The notes beneath the pieces are model-generated. The model did no database searches. It saw only the letters and a list, made by a program, of their open reading frames with translations, and was not told the DNA's origin. 64,000 bases of DNA from Octopus bimaculoides (taxonomy: Eukaryota), in NCBI RefSeq assembly GCF_001194135.2, contig NC_068996.1, positions 39,233,669 through 39,297,668 of the forward strand, in the 5' to 3' direction. A program made the position numbers and the translations under genes. Of the stretch, positions 38,271-51,965 are shown piece by piece (position 1 is the first letter of the stretch; each line of letters begins with the position of its first letter).

Positions 38271-39194
38271 GCTTTACACCACCGGAAGGACTGGTCCTAA
38301 CACTTCTGTGGAGTAGAGAAGTACAGCAAGGCACCAGGCATCTCCATCCTTTGTTACAATATCTGTTGTTATTCCCCAGATGTACTGCAGTTGAATCCAG
38401 TTTTAAGAACTGGATAACTGCAAAGATGAAGATGAGGTTATTTTTGCTGTAGACTGAACAAAAGTGCAGTGCCATGCATGTTTGTCCAGAACAAATTCCG
38501 GTTTCCAGTCAGCTTTTTGGATGAAGTCAAAGCACTAATCTAATTCCTCAACAAGCCAGAGAAATTTTTGAGAGAGAGAGAGAGAGAGAGAGCGAGAGAC
38601 TGATGTGTTACACTGAGTAGGTCAAATGACTTCATAAAAATTTCCCTATTTAACTTGTGTAGTTAGTGATGCTAGTAAGGAAAATACAGTACAGTAGTAC
38701 AAAATATTTTTGGTGCTGCTGATGTTAATGGTAATGAGAGTCATCATCAGGTTTAGTAGTAGTAGTAGTAGTAGTAGTAGCTATGATGGTAATGATAACA
38801 GTGAAGATAATGTTGAAGAATATTATGTTACAAAAAAAAAAAAAAGAAAAAAGAAACCTTCAGAAAACTTATTTATCTATGTCAGGTTTCAGGTTTTATC
38901 ATTTTTTAATCTCCTTCAGGTACACATTAATTCAATTCTTACACTATGTACTGGATTTGTAAACATATTTATAAAGACATGGTGCCTTGATGGCTTCAAG
39001 CCATTGGCCTGGATATTAAAAAAAAAATGAAAAAAGCAACTTAATACTGAAAAGTGGTGCAAAGTAGAAAAATATTTTATTTTTATAGACAAAATATAAT
39101 AACCTAGGAAATCCAAAATTAGTTACGTTTCAATTTCAGTGGGTGAGATTTTTTCTTTCTTTTCTTTTTTAGTATTCTAATTTAAAAAGATTTT

Positions 39195-39475
39195 TTAGTC
39201 ATTAGACTGGCCATGCTGAGGCACTATGAAGAATTTTTAGTCAATGAATTGACTCCAACAGTTATTTTGTCTTAAGTCTGGTACTTATTCTATTGGTCAC
39301 TTTTGTTGAACTGCTTTCAGTTTCCATCTACCAAATCCACTCACAAGGCTTTGGTCTGCTTGAGGCTATTATAGAAGACATTTGCCCAGGGTGCCATGCA
39401 GTGGGACTGAACCTGGTATCATGGTTGGGAAGCAAGCTTCTTACCACATGGCTATGCCTGCACCTTGTCTTACAT
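39195..39475 (-). mobile_element. SINE family A with internal deletion
   Basis: Homology to both ends of the consensus. Confidence 0.75.
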
Positions 39476-40599
39476 ATATAAAAAAAAATTTCTGCAAAGT
39501 ATTTCATGCTTTGTTTTTTTTTTAAAGTGCTGCCCCAACATGGCCACAGATGAATAACAAAACAAAAGATTATTCATCATTTAATGCAAAGTCACTTGCT
39601 TGCATATAGTGTATAAATTAAGACTTGAATTACATTTAAATTTAGTCGATAACACTTAAAAGCTTTAACTATTAGATACCAGCTGCAAACAACAAGAAAC
39701 ATTTTAATTTTGTATTTTATTTATTGATGAGTCAGCTGAGTGCAAACAATATATATATCCAGAAATATACATATTAGATAAAATAAATACCAGACTGAAA
39801 TAGATTTTACAATTAATTTCTGAAAACAAAAAAGAAGTTTATTGGCAAAAGACAAGCAGTATAACAGCAACATCAATTAAGAACAGTATCAACAAACATA
39901 CATAGTCTTTCAGTTTTCAATCATGTTTGTTAAAGCATTAGCTACTGCTGAATTATGCTGATATATATTTAGACATGGCAAGTATAAGAGCAATAATCAG
40001 TAAATATAATACTGAACCCAGCAATAGGTCTTCTAAAAGTGCACACAAAAATATACAAGCATAACTGTGGTTCCATGTTCAATCTACTCTGACACTTTGG
40101 ACTAAGGTTTCCTGCCATAGTTACAAATTGACCTTGTGAGTGAAACTTAGCAGACAGAAGTTGTGCAGAAGAACATTGTATGCATGTATTTTTTGCCAAA
40201 GTATATCAATGAAAGATTTAACCATTGTCATGAAAACTGATGCTTACAATAACTTTTGACATATTTGCTCTGCATCAAGCTACAGACACTTCCTCATAAT
40301 TGTTGTCATGTTGTCAGAAATCGATAATCAATGATGCTATTGTTCATAAACTAATAAAAAATTTTAAAAAATAAGCCATTGCAGATACTGTTTCCAAATA
40401 TTCTTTGAGAGTGAACTCCAAATACTAATTAACCCAGCTAAATAAAAAATTTGGCTGGCAGGAAAACATATACTAAGAAAGAAGAAGAACATAAAGAGGG
40501 CACCCAATCTCTTCTTAGAGCAGAGAACCAATGAAGTTATCTTATGGTGTAAAGTTAACCAGGGTAGAGGCAGGGCAAGGTTCAACCAATTCTTATTCA

Positions 40600-40850
40600 A
40601 CTATATTGAAAGGAAGGTGGCAGGGTTAGAGTTAGCATTAACAGTTACAAATCAGTCTATTAGACTTCACACATCACTAAGTTCATGGAACGAATCGCCA
40701 AAGACAAAGTGATTTACTTAAAGAAGAGTTATTTGTTAACAGAACATGGCTTTGGTCAAGGTAGCAGCAACTTGAGCAACTTCTATGGCAAGACAGGTAG
40801 AATATTTAAAGGATGCAATAACATGAAAATTACGTATGCACATTTATTTA
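40600..40850 (+). mobile_element. Old CR1/L2-type RT remnant
   Basis: MERIAKDKVIYLKKSYLLTEHGFGQGSSNLSNF resembles the ERI.....HL....LL...QHGF..GRSCLTNL RT motif. Confidence 0.5.
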
Positions 40851-41624
40851 TTATGATCTTGCTTAGGCGTAGTAATATTAATAGCCAATTGTTAGAGCTC
40901 AATATACACGTGCTCCAGAGCTAAGCATTTTTGTATATACATCAGTGGGTGTTAGGAATGGAGTAGGTAAATAATTGCTGCATATGTATAATTGTATAAA
41001 TATGTGTGTGTGTGAGTATGCATATATGTAATGTGTGTATACATGTGCATGGATGTACATATATATATATATTTGTCTTTGTATATGCGTGTGCATTTTC
41101 ATGCATGTGTTGATGTATGTATGTTGTTATTGTTACTATATGCAACAGATTAGTACATATGCCTAACTTTATATTTCTACAGTCAATTACAGTATATTTA
41201 ATATAAATTTTGTCTGACACACTCAGTTAAATAGTCATAATCTGAAGAAGGAACCCAAGATTTAACCACTGGATAAAAAACAGTGGCATTGCTCACTCTC
41301 AGTAATCCTAGGAGCTTCTTACAACTTGATGTGGTTAGCCAACATGGATTGTAACCAAGAGCTTGAATGCTATCCACCAGGATATTGTATCCTCTTCTAT
41401 TTAATATATATATAAGGTTAGTAGAGTTAGAGGTTGGAATAACCGTCTAAGGGATAAAAATATCCGTTTTACTCCCAGTATAATTACCTATGTTAACCCT
41501 GGACATACATATGCAAGCATATTATGCTCGTAGGATACAGGCAATAACAAAGATAAACATGAGTTTATCAGGAATCAAATTTAAATTAAGCAGAAAATGG
41601 AGAAATCTTGATCAACAATTGACT

Positions 41625-41925
41625 AACAGATTATATTTTTTAATACGAAACTTTATCCCATCTAACAGCCATTTCTGCTTCCAGTGTCCTATGGTGTTGC
41701 CATTGAAAATTCTGAGAATAATATTCGTCATATTTTGCAACACATCCAATCTGGAATATGGAGCTTCATTAGAGTGAAGAAAAACACATGTTCCAGATCA
41801 GATGTGTTGCAAAATATGACGAATATTATTATTAGAATTTTCAATGGCAACACTGTAGAACATTGGAAGCAGTAACGGCTGTTAAATGGGATAAAGTTTT
41901 GTATTAAAAAATTATAATCGATGTT
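41625..41925. repeat. Long inverted repeat / fold-back element
   Basis: Arms 41625-41760 and 41787-41925, 26-nt loop; right arm runs into an N-gap. Confidence 0.9.
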
Positions 41926-42711
41926 NNNNNNNNNNNNNNNNNNNNNNNNNNNNNNNNNNNNNNNNNNNNNNNNNNNNNNNNNNNNNNNNNNNNNNNNNNN
42001 NNNNNNNNNNNNNNNNNNNNNNNNNNNNNNNNNNNNNNNNNNNNNNNNNNNNNNNNNNNNNNNNNNNNNNNNNNNNNNNNNNNNNNNNNNNNNNNNNNAT
42101 ATGTGTGTGCATTTGCTCAATGTACATTTAAATACATTGATAAATTATATTTCATACTGTGGTATCTGCACACAAGACTGAGTTCATTTATCATACTAAG
42201 GACAATTGTTTATCTTATTTTTCATCTTAGCTCTTACCATCTCAGTGCCTTAGCTCTAACATTATTACCTTATAAAGACAATATTCATCACTTTTCATCT
42301 CTCCACATCTTTACATTTTTCCTCCACTGACCCCAATTCATTCTTAAAAAAACAAAAAAAAACCTGACCTCTTAAACCACATGCCTTTTCTCTTTACTGT
42401 TTGCTTGTTGATAATGAATTTCATCAGTTCCTTAACCAAACCTTGCTTCAACCCACCATTCCACTGTTGTGAGTGTAATAATTTCTGCTTGGTCTATCAA
42501 AATTGTTTTTGACAATAGAATTGTAAACAAATAAGTGTACCCAACAACAAAGGAAACTGAACATCTATAACTTTCTATATTTAAGAGACGAGGAATTATT
42601 TACATTTGACGGATATTTGTCTTCATCTTGTTTGTTGTTAACACAACTGAATCCCAAATCTTCCTGATTCCATGATAAGTGTCAAAGAATAATGTTTACA
42701 TTGAAGTAAGG

Positions 42712-43085
42712 TGACAAGCTGGTAGAATTGTTGGCATGCCAGGCAAAATGCTTAGCAGTATTTTGTCCATCAGAGTTCAAATTCTGCTGAGGTTGACTTT
42801 GCCTTTCATACTTACAAGGTTGATAAAATAACTACCAGTTCAGCACTGGGAATGATGTAATCGAAATTGCTGACCTTGTGCCAAAATTTGAAACCATTAT
42901 TATTATTGAGTGGTGAGCTGGCACAATTGTTAGCACGCCCGAGTTCAAATTCTGCTAAGGTCAACTTTGTCTTTCATCCTATCGGGATCAATAGAATAAG
43001 TACCAGTTGAACATTGGGAATGATGTAATCAATTTATCTCCTTCCCTAAAATTGTTGGCCTTGTGCCAAAATCTGAAACCAACAT
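42712..43085 (+). mobile_element. Two tandem SINE family E copies
   Basis: Same core as 6500-6945. Confidence 0.8.
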
Positions 43086-43529
43086 TTACACTGAAATAAA
43101 TCACACTAAGGGTCCTTTCTTAAAGTGTTGCAACTAAAATCCAGTTCTAATCAGTGGATCATAATTTCGCAACATTGCTTTGATTCCTGAGTTGGAAGTG
43201 GTATTTCATTTTCATGTTTATTGCTTCAGTTGATAATGCAAGAAGGTAATGGAATTTCATTCTACAGAATTATTTCATTTTCACCACAAATTTCTCAAAG
43301 AGTACTGCTAATTGAATTGATCCATAAGGCATGCTGCCTCTTAACTCTGGAAATGTTGAATATAAATTAGATACTGATGCAACAGAACATAGACTGCAGG
43401 TAATTAAGCCCTGATATGTTATAGTTTCGGCAGTTCAATTAAACTGTCAGTATGTGAAATATCACAAAGAAATATACTCATAACTATTAATACATATGTA
43501 TTCTTTCATACTGAATTCCAATATTTGAA

Positions 43530-43865
43530 ATCCAGGTTTGTCCCTGTTAACAGGGGTGACTGGATCTACCTCACTCTTACAGTAACTGCTCTCACATCAT
43601 CTCACCAGATTTTGATTGTTCTCCCTCCTCAAGCCAACCTTCCCAATCTCTTCCTCCACCTTTTCTCTGGTCGACCTCGCTTTTGCAGTTCATTCACTTT
43701 AAACTCAAGCACTCTCCTCAGAACATGATCCTCATCCCTCCTCAACACATGTCCATACCACCACACTCCACTCACCCTTGCCAGCTGTTCCATCAATTCT
43801 TCCAACCCCAGCATTCCCATCAAGTCTTCAGCTCTCCTTTTATCAAATAGTTCCACACCACACAA
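43530..43865 (-). mobile_element. RTE LINE ORF2 C-terminal fragment
   Basis: WWYGHVLRRDEDHVLRRVLEFKV...KRGRPEKRW. Confidence 0.85.
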
Positions 43866-44272
43866 GCTGAATTGAAAGAGAGTAGATCGAGGGAACTAAT
43901 AGTAGTAATAGAACAAGGAGTGATGCTAATTCTCTGGAAGTCACTTATTCTTAGCTAGCTGGCATGTGACTTCTGCCTTCGTATGCTAACTGCCATGGAT
44001 TCAATGGTCAGATTTCTTTTCAAGATGCACACAAACTACATTACATAAGTGGCATATAAATAAATTTTGAATTACACATTAATAATCTACTGAAAAAGCT
44101 TCTAGATCAACAGAAAACAACACAAGACAGAGTTAAGGAGTAATATTAAAATCTCACATCCAATGAGTAACAATAAAATCAAGTGGTGCAGTAATTTTGT
44201 GGTTAAGCATGTTTATAGCTATAAAACTAAAATTAGTAAAAGAATAAAATTTAAGAAATAAAAAAATCACAC

Positions 44273-44346
44273 CTGAATTCCACCTTTTTCTCTGTTTTTG
44301 GTCCAATTACTTTCCCATTCGTACTAAATGCAACCTTAGACATCAT
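44273..44346 (-). CDS. STXBP4: First coding exon of PDZ-domain protein (STXBP4-like); MMSKVAFSTNGKVIGPKTEKKVEF(R). Full exon 44273-44382 includes 36 nt of 5' UTR
   Basis: Acceptor acatttcttatttttcAG at 44384-44383; in-frame TAA 9 nt upstream of ATGATG; donor CAG|GTGTGA at 44272; ends in phase 2, matching the phase-2 start of the 26176 exon. Confidence 0.72.
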
Positions 44347-44417
44347 TGGTTTTGTTTAGGTCAAAAGAAGAGAAAATGTGACCTGAAAAATAAGAAATGT
44401 TATAAAATTACACACAC

Positions 44418-44449
<32 letters not shown>

Positions 44450-44769
44450 CATACATACATAATTCAGCATCATAATCAACACCTGTGCAATAAAATCATT
44501 TGGTTCATTGGAATATTTCATTAAATGACAATTGTGAAGTTTATATATACAAGTACCATAAATAATATTACTGCTGATATTATCTGTTTCCACTGTCAGT
44601 TTAGGAATTGAGACAGTCTTTGAACACCTTAAACTTGCAGTGTCCTACAGTGGCCTCTCTGTATCACTGATAACCACTACAAAAGAAGCCACAAGCTCAG
44701 TTAAATCATCAACACTTTAGACATGAAAATTGATAACGTTTTCTGCTTATGAATGAAGACAGTTGCATC

Positions 44770-44910
44770 AAGAGAACATATGGAAGAGTTAGACCCGGGA
44801 AGACACGAGACAAAGTTGTGAGAAAGGATCTTCAGATGTTGGGCCACACAGAGGGGATGACAGGGAACTGAGACTCCTGGCAGTTAGCTGTGCGTGAGAA
44901 GACATGTCAG
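44770..44910 (+). mobile_element. RTE LINE C-terminal remnant
   Basis: agacccgggaagacacgagacaaagttgtgagaaaggatctt...gtgcgtgagaagac, homologous to 53180-53300. Confidence 0.65.
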
Positions 44911-45209
44911 ACTAAAAGTGTTGAACATAAAGTAAAAGGGTTGAAACCAGATGCACAGAAATGAAGAGTTGCTGAGCCCCGAAACACTACACATCTACTG
45001 CTGCAATACTAGATGGTCATACCGATCTCCAAAACTCACTACCATTTACAAAATGGACTTGTTGCAACACACAGCGAGAGAAATAACAGACAGGAATTGA
45101 AAGCTGTGTCACAAAAGAACATAAAAATACAAAAATCATTATAGTAGGTTGTTAGTAAGAGCGTCAAAGAATCACCATCTCAGGAGACTAACCAAATTAT
45201 ATCTGGTTC

Positions 45210-45530
45210 ATATGCTGAAGTAATGACCATGGGATTGCACCTAGAAAGTTACCCTCTGAGGCACACAAGTCCGGGCAAGGTTTTTTTATGGAAGACCAGC
45301 AGTCACCCATGCATACCAGCCTCTCCTTTCCGCACCACTGATGTTATCTAAAGGAAAGACAAAGGCTGTTACAGTTTGGTACCAGTGATATTGCACTCAT
45401 TTCTACAGCTGAATGAACTCTAGCAATGTAAAATAAAGTGTCTTATTCAAGAAAACAAAACACAGCCCGATCTGGAAATCGAACTTACTACCTTATGATT
45501 GAGAGCCCAATGCTCTAACCACTGAGCCAT
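45210..45530 (-). mobile_element. SINE family C
   Basis: Reverse complement of 25722-26065. Confidence 0.8.
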
Positions 45531-46562
45531 CTATTGGCTACTCAGACGATTCATAAGATGTAGTGGCCCACACTGATAGTCATTGTATTGCTATGTTTTT
45601 ATAGGCAGCAGCAACATTAATTATATTTGTTTTGCACAATAGGTTGTAATTTGAAACCCTGCAACTGTTACTACATTGTATAGACAAATTAATTCTTTGT
45701 GTCAGCTTCATTAAAAATAGATGCCTCCTGTACAACTGTCGCTGAATAGTTGACATTAATAGACATACCTAGTTAAACAAAAATAATATAAATAAACATA
45801 AAAGATGTAAAACTTTTAAAATTTCCAGATCAATTCAACTTGTGCTAATTGAGGAAAGGATATTTTTTGCATGAGCTCTTTAATAACATAAGTAGAATGA
45901 ACACCAGTACCACAGATATGGGTAAATATGAAGTCATACTTTAACAACTATAATTCTGGTACTTTATTTTCTTAAGAACTAGGAAAATAAAATAGTTTAA
46001 GAACAAAAAACAATACAATCATGTGCAAGCCAATTGCACATAAAATCTGACATCCATAAAAGTAGATAACAGGCCCTCTCATATTCTTAAGACAACAGTA
46101 TAACTAAAACTAACTCAGTATATGATCGATACCTATTGTACAAACTTATGAAAGACAAAAGATAATGCATTCTATTATAATCTTATATCTAAGATATATT
46201 ATATGAATATCAAATTAATCACAATATAACATGTCTTTTGCAAACCTGTAGGAAGATTGAGGGCAAAGTTGACTACAGTGGGATCTGAATTTAGAATGTA
46301 AAGGTTTGCAAGTAAATATTGCTAAGCAGTTTGTAATGATTCTACCAATGCCAGGACCATTTCAGTCTAAATGTAGAGGATTGAACTTGTACATTGTAAA
46401 GTTTCTGTGAAATCCATTATCTTTAAATACTGGCGTACTAATTGAAACCATCATAATTACAGAAACCGCAATTTCAATATTTTTCATCTTTTACTTGTTT
46501 CAGTCACTAGACTGGGGCTATACAGGGGTACCACCTTTAGGTCAAATAAATCTACCTTGTAT

Positions 46563-46990
46563 TTCATCATCATTTAATGTCTGTTGCCCATGCTGGTTTG
46601 AGTTGAACAGGGCTAGTACGTTGGAAAGCTGCACCAGACTCCAGTCTGATTTGGCATAGTTTTTTTACAGCTGGATGCCCTTTTTAACGCCAACCACTCA
46701 GAGTGTAAACGGTGCTTTTATGTGCTACTGGTATGGGTGCCAGTTGTGTGATACCAGGGTGCTTTTATGTGCCACTGACATTGGTGCCAATTTGTATGAC
46801 ATCAGTATCTGCCGTGACTGTGAGTTTGTTCGGCTTGACGGGTCTTCTCAATACGTCAGTGAGGCCCAATGTTCAAAAGGAACTCAGCCACTTTATCTCT
46901 GTGAGGCCCAACGCTTGAAAAGAACTCAGCCACTTTGCCTTTGTGAGGCCCAATGCTTGGAAGGTATTCTTTACATGCCACCAGCACGGG
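46563..46990 (-). mobile_element. RTE LINE 3' UTR/tail copy with an internal ~42-bp triplication (46857-46960)
   Basis: Shared terminal module; gtgaggcccaa...aactcagccacttt repeated. Confidence 0.7.
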
Positions 46991-47939
46991 GTTTTCTTAA
47001 ATCTGGCAAATATTCTATCAGTCTCTTTTGCAGAAATGCTAAGTTACAGGGTTGTGAACAAGAGAGTTTTGCTGAAAATCTCATTGGCAGCCTTGCAAAA
47101 ACCTACTGTTTCCACATCTCACATCTGGGACAGCGTTGCTGCTATTCATACAAACATCCAAAGAAAGATCACTTGTCTGGCATGAAGTTTCTTACCAATA
47201 CATTCCAGCCTCTGACCAAAGGACGCACTGTCTCCTCTCTCAGTATTTTCTGCTCCTACAATAGTGGGTTTTGCTACTTTGAGCTGGTTGGTGCTGTGCC
47301 AGTCCCGACTTCTTTCTTCTCTCCACTTCACAATAACCAACACCTAGTCCTTTCCTCTTGAGAGCATCAGTCTTCTGGAATTCCCTATTCACACATTTGT
47401 TCATGCAGGTTTTGACTTGTAAACTACTTTTCAAGAATATTAACTATATTGATCTTAACAATCCTGGCAGCTGTGTGATGGCTATAGACACAGTCCGTTG
47501 TTCCAGAGTAATTGCCACCTATCCACTCCCAAAAGTGTGGCAAATATTCATACTTGTTTATAAATAAAATTCTGTCAAGTTTCTGTACAATAACTAAAAG
47601 ATTAAAACTGGCATAAAAAAACCAAACAAAACTAAGAAAAAAAAAACAGAGAGAGAGAGAGAGGATACTGTTTAAAATAAGCTGAGTTATGTAAAAATGT
47701 TCAATTTCAATATAATTTCAGTCATAATATTCCTCATTGAGTCTGAAAATATAACCATTATTCAACAATTTTTCTATTCAACATTTATTATAAAATGATA
47801 CAATGTACCAACAGTACATTGCTGCATTCACATGCCAAAATCAGACACAATGGAATTACTGTCTAAGTAAATTTTAAGGAATATATGCTATGAAATGGAG
47901 GTGCTGGAAGTGTGGGGGTGGGGGTAAAGAAAAAAAATC

Positions 47940-48255
47940 AAAACTTCAGAGGGTGACACTCCCTTCGGTCATGACTGACCATGGGATTGAACCTAGAAAG
48001 TTCCCCTCCGAGGTACAAGTCTGGGAAAGGTTGTTTTATAGAAGACCAGCAGTCTCCCATGCATACCAGCCTCTCTTCATGCCACCGGTGTTATCCAAGG
48101 GAACGGCAAAGGTCGATACAACTTGGCATCAGTGACATAGCAGTTCATTTCTATAGCTGAGTGAACTGGAGCAATGTGAAATAAAGTGTCTTGCTCAAGA
48201 ACACAACACAGCCCAGTCTGGGAATTGAACTCACAACCTCACAATTGTAAACCTG
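47940..48255 (-). mobile_element. SINE family C
   Basis: Reverse complement of 25722-26065. Confidence 0.8.
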
Positions 48256-48399
48256 ATGTTGTAAACACAGAGTCATTCCCCTTCGCAACTTCAGAACACA
48301 CAAGCATATTCACCATGAATGTACAGAAAAAGCCTAAGAGATCCATGGTCTTTTGCAGATTTATCTTTTTTGTCTGCATATCTTTAGATGAAGACATGT

Positions 48400-48575
48400 A
48401 GACATGGATATGGCTGTGTGGTAAGAAGCTTGCTTCCCAACCACATGGTTTTGGGTCCAGTCTCACTGCATGGCACCTTGTGCAAGTGCATTCTATAGCC
48501 TCAGGCGAATCAAAGCCTTGAGTGGATTTGATAGATAGTAACTGAAAGAAAACTGTGTGCGTATATATATATATT
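48400..48575 (+). mobile_element. SINE family A head
   Basis: ggctgtgtggtaagaagcttgcttcccaaccacatgg. Confidence 0.8.
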
Positions 48576-48795
48576 TGAAACGCCGGTGTTAAAACGGGGG
48601 TAGCTGATGAAGGAAAATGTTCTCTATGTGGCTTGTGTGTTTTCTGTACTCTGGTTATTATTATTTCTTGTCTACGATTTGTTTGCAATGTCCTGTACCC
48701 AGATATGCACCTATATATACAGGTAGACGTAGGTATGCACACACCTGTACGTATATATTCATATACTCATTATTTGTTTGTTTCTTTATTTATTT

Positions 48796-48798
<3 letters not shown>

Positions 48799-48868
<70 letters not shown>

Positions 48869-48911
48869 TAGAGAAAGATAGAGAGAAAGATAGAGAGATA
48901 GAGAGAAAGAT

Positions 48912-48942
<31 letters not shown>

Positions 48943-48980
48943 GATAGAGAAAGAGAGAGAGAGAGAAGGAGAGAGAGACA
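48799..48980. repeat. (GA)n / (GAGATA)-type microsatellite
   Basis: Direct. Confidence 0.95.
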
Positions 48981-49327
48981 TACACAAGTAATTTATTGTA
49001 TAATCTGAGACTCATGCGAATTTTTTGTCTTGAAGTACGAGTGGAAATCCGCAGTATGAGCACACAAATCATCCCACCTTTAAGCTAATTCAGTTAAAAC
49101 CAGTTTACATATCTCTTTTGCATTCCCTTTTTTACAATTGTCATTTTATTTGTAACTACACTTTTTCTGTTTTAAAACCCATAAAAAAATTATTTTTGAG
49201 GGATGGAACGGATTGATTAATTATATTTTAGTTAATTGCAATGGGGAAAATTGATTTGTAAAATGAGTAAATTGTAAGATGAGCTCAGTCATGGAATGAA
49301 TTGAACTCATTCTGCAAAGTATCACTA

Positions 49328-50052
49328 GGCCTCACCGAGGCGATGACTTCCGACCAAGACCTTTGGAAATATGCTGTGCGTGAGAAGACCCGGCAAGCCA
49401 AGTGAGACCATAATCCGAGGCCTTTGCCAGGGGTGTAGCCAGCCCACTTATGCGTACCTTTCTTTCATTGGATACTAAACTGTGGTTGTGAAGACCTGTT
49501 GAGGCAAGTGAAATTGAAATTGAACCAAATTCGACGACTGGCACCCATGCCAACCTCTCTTTCATTGGACACTAAACTCCGCTTGCGAAGACCTGTTGGG
49601 GCAAGTGAAATCGAAATCGTGATGGCACCTGTACCAGTGGAGCGTCTGAGAGTGATCGTTGCCAGAGCAGCTGTCTGCCATTGACACGTAAATAGTACCA
49701 TTTGAGCGTGATTGTTACCAGTATCGCCTTCCTGGCACTTGTGCTGGTGGCACATGAAAAGACATTCGAGCGAGGTCATTGCCAGTGCCGCTGGACTGGC
49801 TCCTTTGCAGGTGGCACATAAAATGCACCATTTTGAGCATGGCTGTTGCCAGTACCGCCTGACTGGCCTTCGTGCCAGTGGCATGTAAAAGCACCCACTA
49901 CACTCTTGGAGTGGTTGGCGTTAGGAAGGGCATCCAGCTGTAGAAACTCTGCCAGATCAGATTGGAGCCTGGTGCAGTCATCTGGTTTGCCAGTTCTCAG
50001 TCAAACCATCCAACCCATGCCAGCATGGAAAGCGGACATTAAGTGATGATGA
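49328..50052 (+). mobile_element. RTE LINE 3' end: ORF2 C-terminus (GLTEAMTSDQDLWKYAVREKTRQAK*), sub-repeated 3' UTR and tail
   Basis: C-terminus homologous to 53230-53308; standard terminal module. Confidence 0.85.
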
Positions 50053-50234
50053 TATGTAAAACTTACTGTTAATAAAAGCTAGGATGCATTGCATTCCATT
50101 AATTAATGAAATAACATAGTAAATACACAAACGAAATGTAAACAATGTATAACATATATTGAGTGCACAAATGGACAGAAGACAGACATAGAAGGTCCCT
50201 AATTCTTCATCAGTTAGCAACCAGATGATATTTA

Positions 50235-50245
50235 GTCTAGCACCA

Positions 50246-50289
<44 letters not shown>

Positions 50290-50800
50290 ATATCTATGTT
50301 TGTCTCCCATCATTGACTGACAACTGACACTGGTGTGTTTATGTCGCCATAACCTAGCGGTTCGGCAAAAAGAGACCGATAGAATAAGTACTAGGCTTAC
50401 AAAGAATAAGTCCTGGGGTCGATTTTTTTGACTAAAAAACCCTTTAAGGTGGTGCTCCAGCACGGCCACAGTCTAATGACTGAAACAAGTAACAGATATA
50501 AGTTTACTGTTCAAGTATGAACTTTTTTTTCTTCCTTTGTTACAACGGGAAATTCTGTAGAGCATATTGCGAATCTCATCCATAAGAACCAATCACTTTC
50601 TTGAAAACTTAACCTCATTATTCTTGCCATGTCGACACAGGTGTGGCTGCATGGTAAGGAGCTCGCCTCCCTGCCACATGGTTCTGGGCTCCATCTCATA
50701 GCATAGCACCTGAGGCAAGTGTCTTCTACTCTACCATTGGGCTGGCCAAAGTCTTCTGAGTGAATTTGGTAGAAAGAAACCAAGAAGCCTGTCATTTTTA
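50235..50800 (+). mobile_element. Two SINE family A segments (3' half 50235-50492; head 50632-50800)
   Basis: Homology to 11461-11890. Confidence 0.8.
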
Positions 50801-51799
50801 TGTGAGTGTGTGTGTGCATGTGTGGGGATGAGTGCGTGTGTGTGTGTGAGTTAGTGCATGTGTGAATAAATAAACTTCTCATTTGACAGGAGAATCTAAA
50901 TATTAAAGAATTAAAGATCTAATAGTGTTTGCTAAAGCATATGGACCCCCGGGAGGGAACCCCTGCTTTGTAGGGACATTGGAACCACTAGAAATAGTAG
51001 CAAAATTTCTTACGTCATGGGTTGCATGTAGAAATGACTGTGACTAGAATATCTTTGTTTATAGATCTGCCTACTAGCGTTACTAGAGTGTGTGCCACCA
51101 GGAGTAGCCCTTCCATTTGCTGCCCCCGGACCCCACAAGAAACATTGCCTACAGCAGCTACAAAAGTGCTGCCCCTACCTATGCTAGTGGATCTGCTCAT
51201 CATAACCCAACTGGCATGTGTTATACTTGCTTCACTGTTGTGCATTTATTGATATTAAAAAAAAGTCTAACCAACAAAAAAAACCCTACCTAGCAGTAAG
51301 AATGACTGCTCCAGCATTCCCAATGATATGTAAATGTGTATATTTGTACACAATACATGACTGCGAATGAAGAATGGTTTATAATGATGATAGAGAATAA
51401 AATAAGAACTTTTTCAATATCACAAATTATCAAGTTACACATGGAAATGCATTAATTGAAGAATTAAAAAAAAAACAAAAAAAAAGCTAAATGACAGAAT
51501 TAATTCCTAACAGCTTTTACTAAATAAGACATAACCAACATTTCTATTTTTACATATGTTTAAAGCCATTGACAGTTATAGCAGACTTAAGTCTTATCAG
51601 ATATTACCCAACTTATAAATATAGATGCCTTGTCTCATTAGATATTGAAGCTACCAGATGTTTGGAAACAGCTTGCTGGTGCAATTTCAGTCATTCAAAA
51701 ACCCCTGCATACTGGATGCCAGATTTCGTAGAGGGGTCACTGGGAAAGAATGTGCACCATTTTGGGGCCTTCCTCTTGACAGCTCTACAGCACACCCAA

Positions 51800-51931
51800 C
51801 CACTCAATTGTTCAGATCCAGCCTCTCACACCTGCCCAGTTTCGTGTCCAATGAAGGAAGGTACGCATAAGTAGGGGGGCTGGCTACACCCCTGGTAGAG
51901 GCCTTGGATTTAGGTCTCACTTGGCTTGCCG
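51800..51931 (-). mobile_element. RTE LINE 3' UTR fragment
   Basis: Reverse complement of 49395-49480. Confidence 0.7.

Positions 51932-51963
<32 letters not shown>

Positions 51964-51965
<2 letters not shown>

Noticed and set aside
40247-40350. Acceptor/donor pair on the minus strand
   Set aside because: Stops in all three frames and no other support
46675-47361. 228-aa ORF
   Set aside because: Runs across a LINE 3' UTR, a short tandem repeat and a SINE fragment; no recognisable domain
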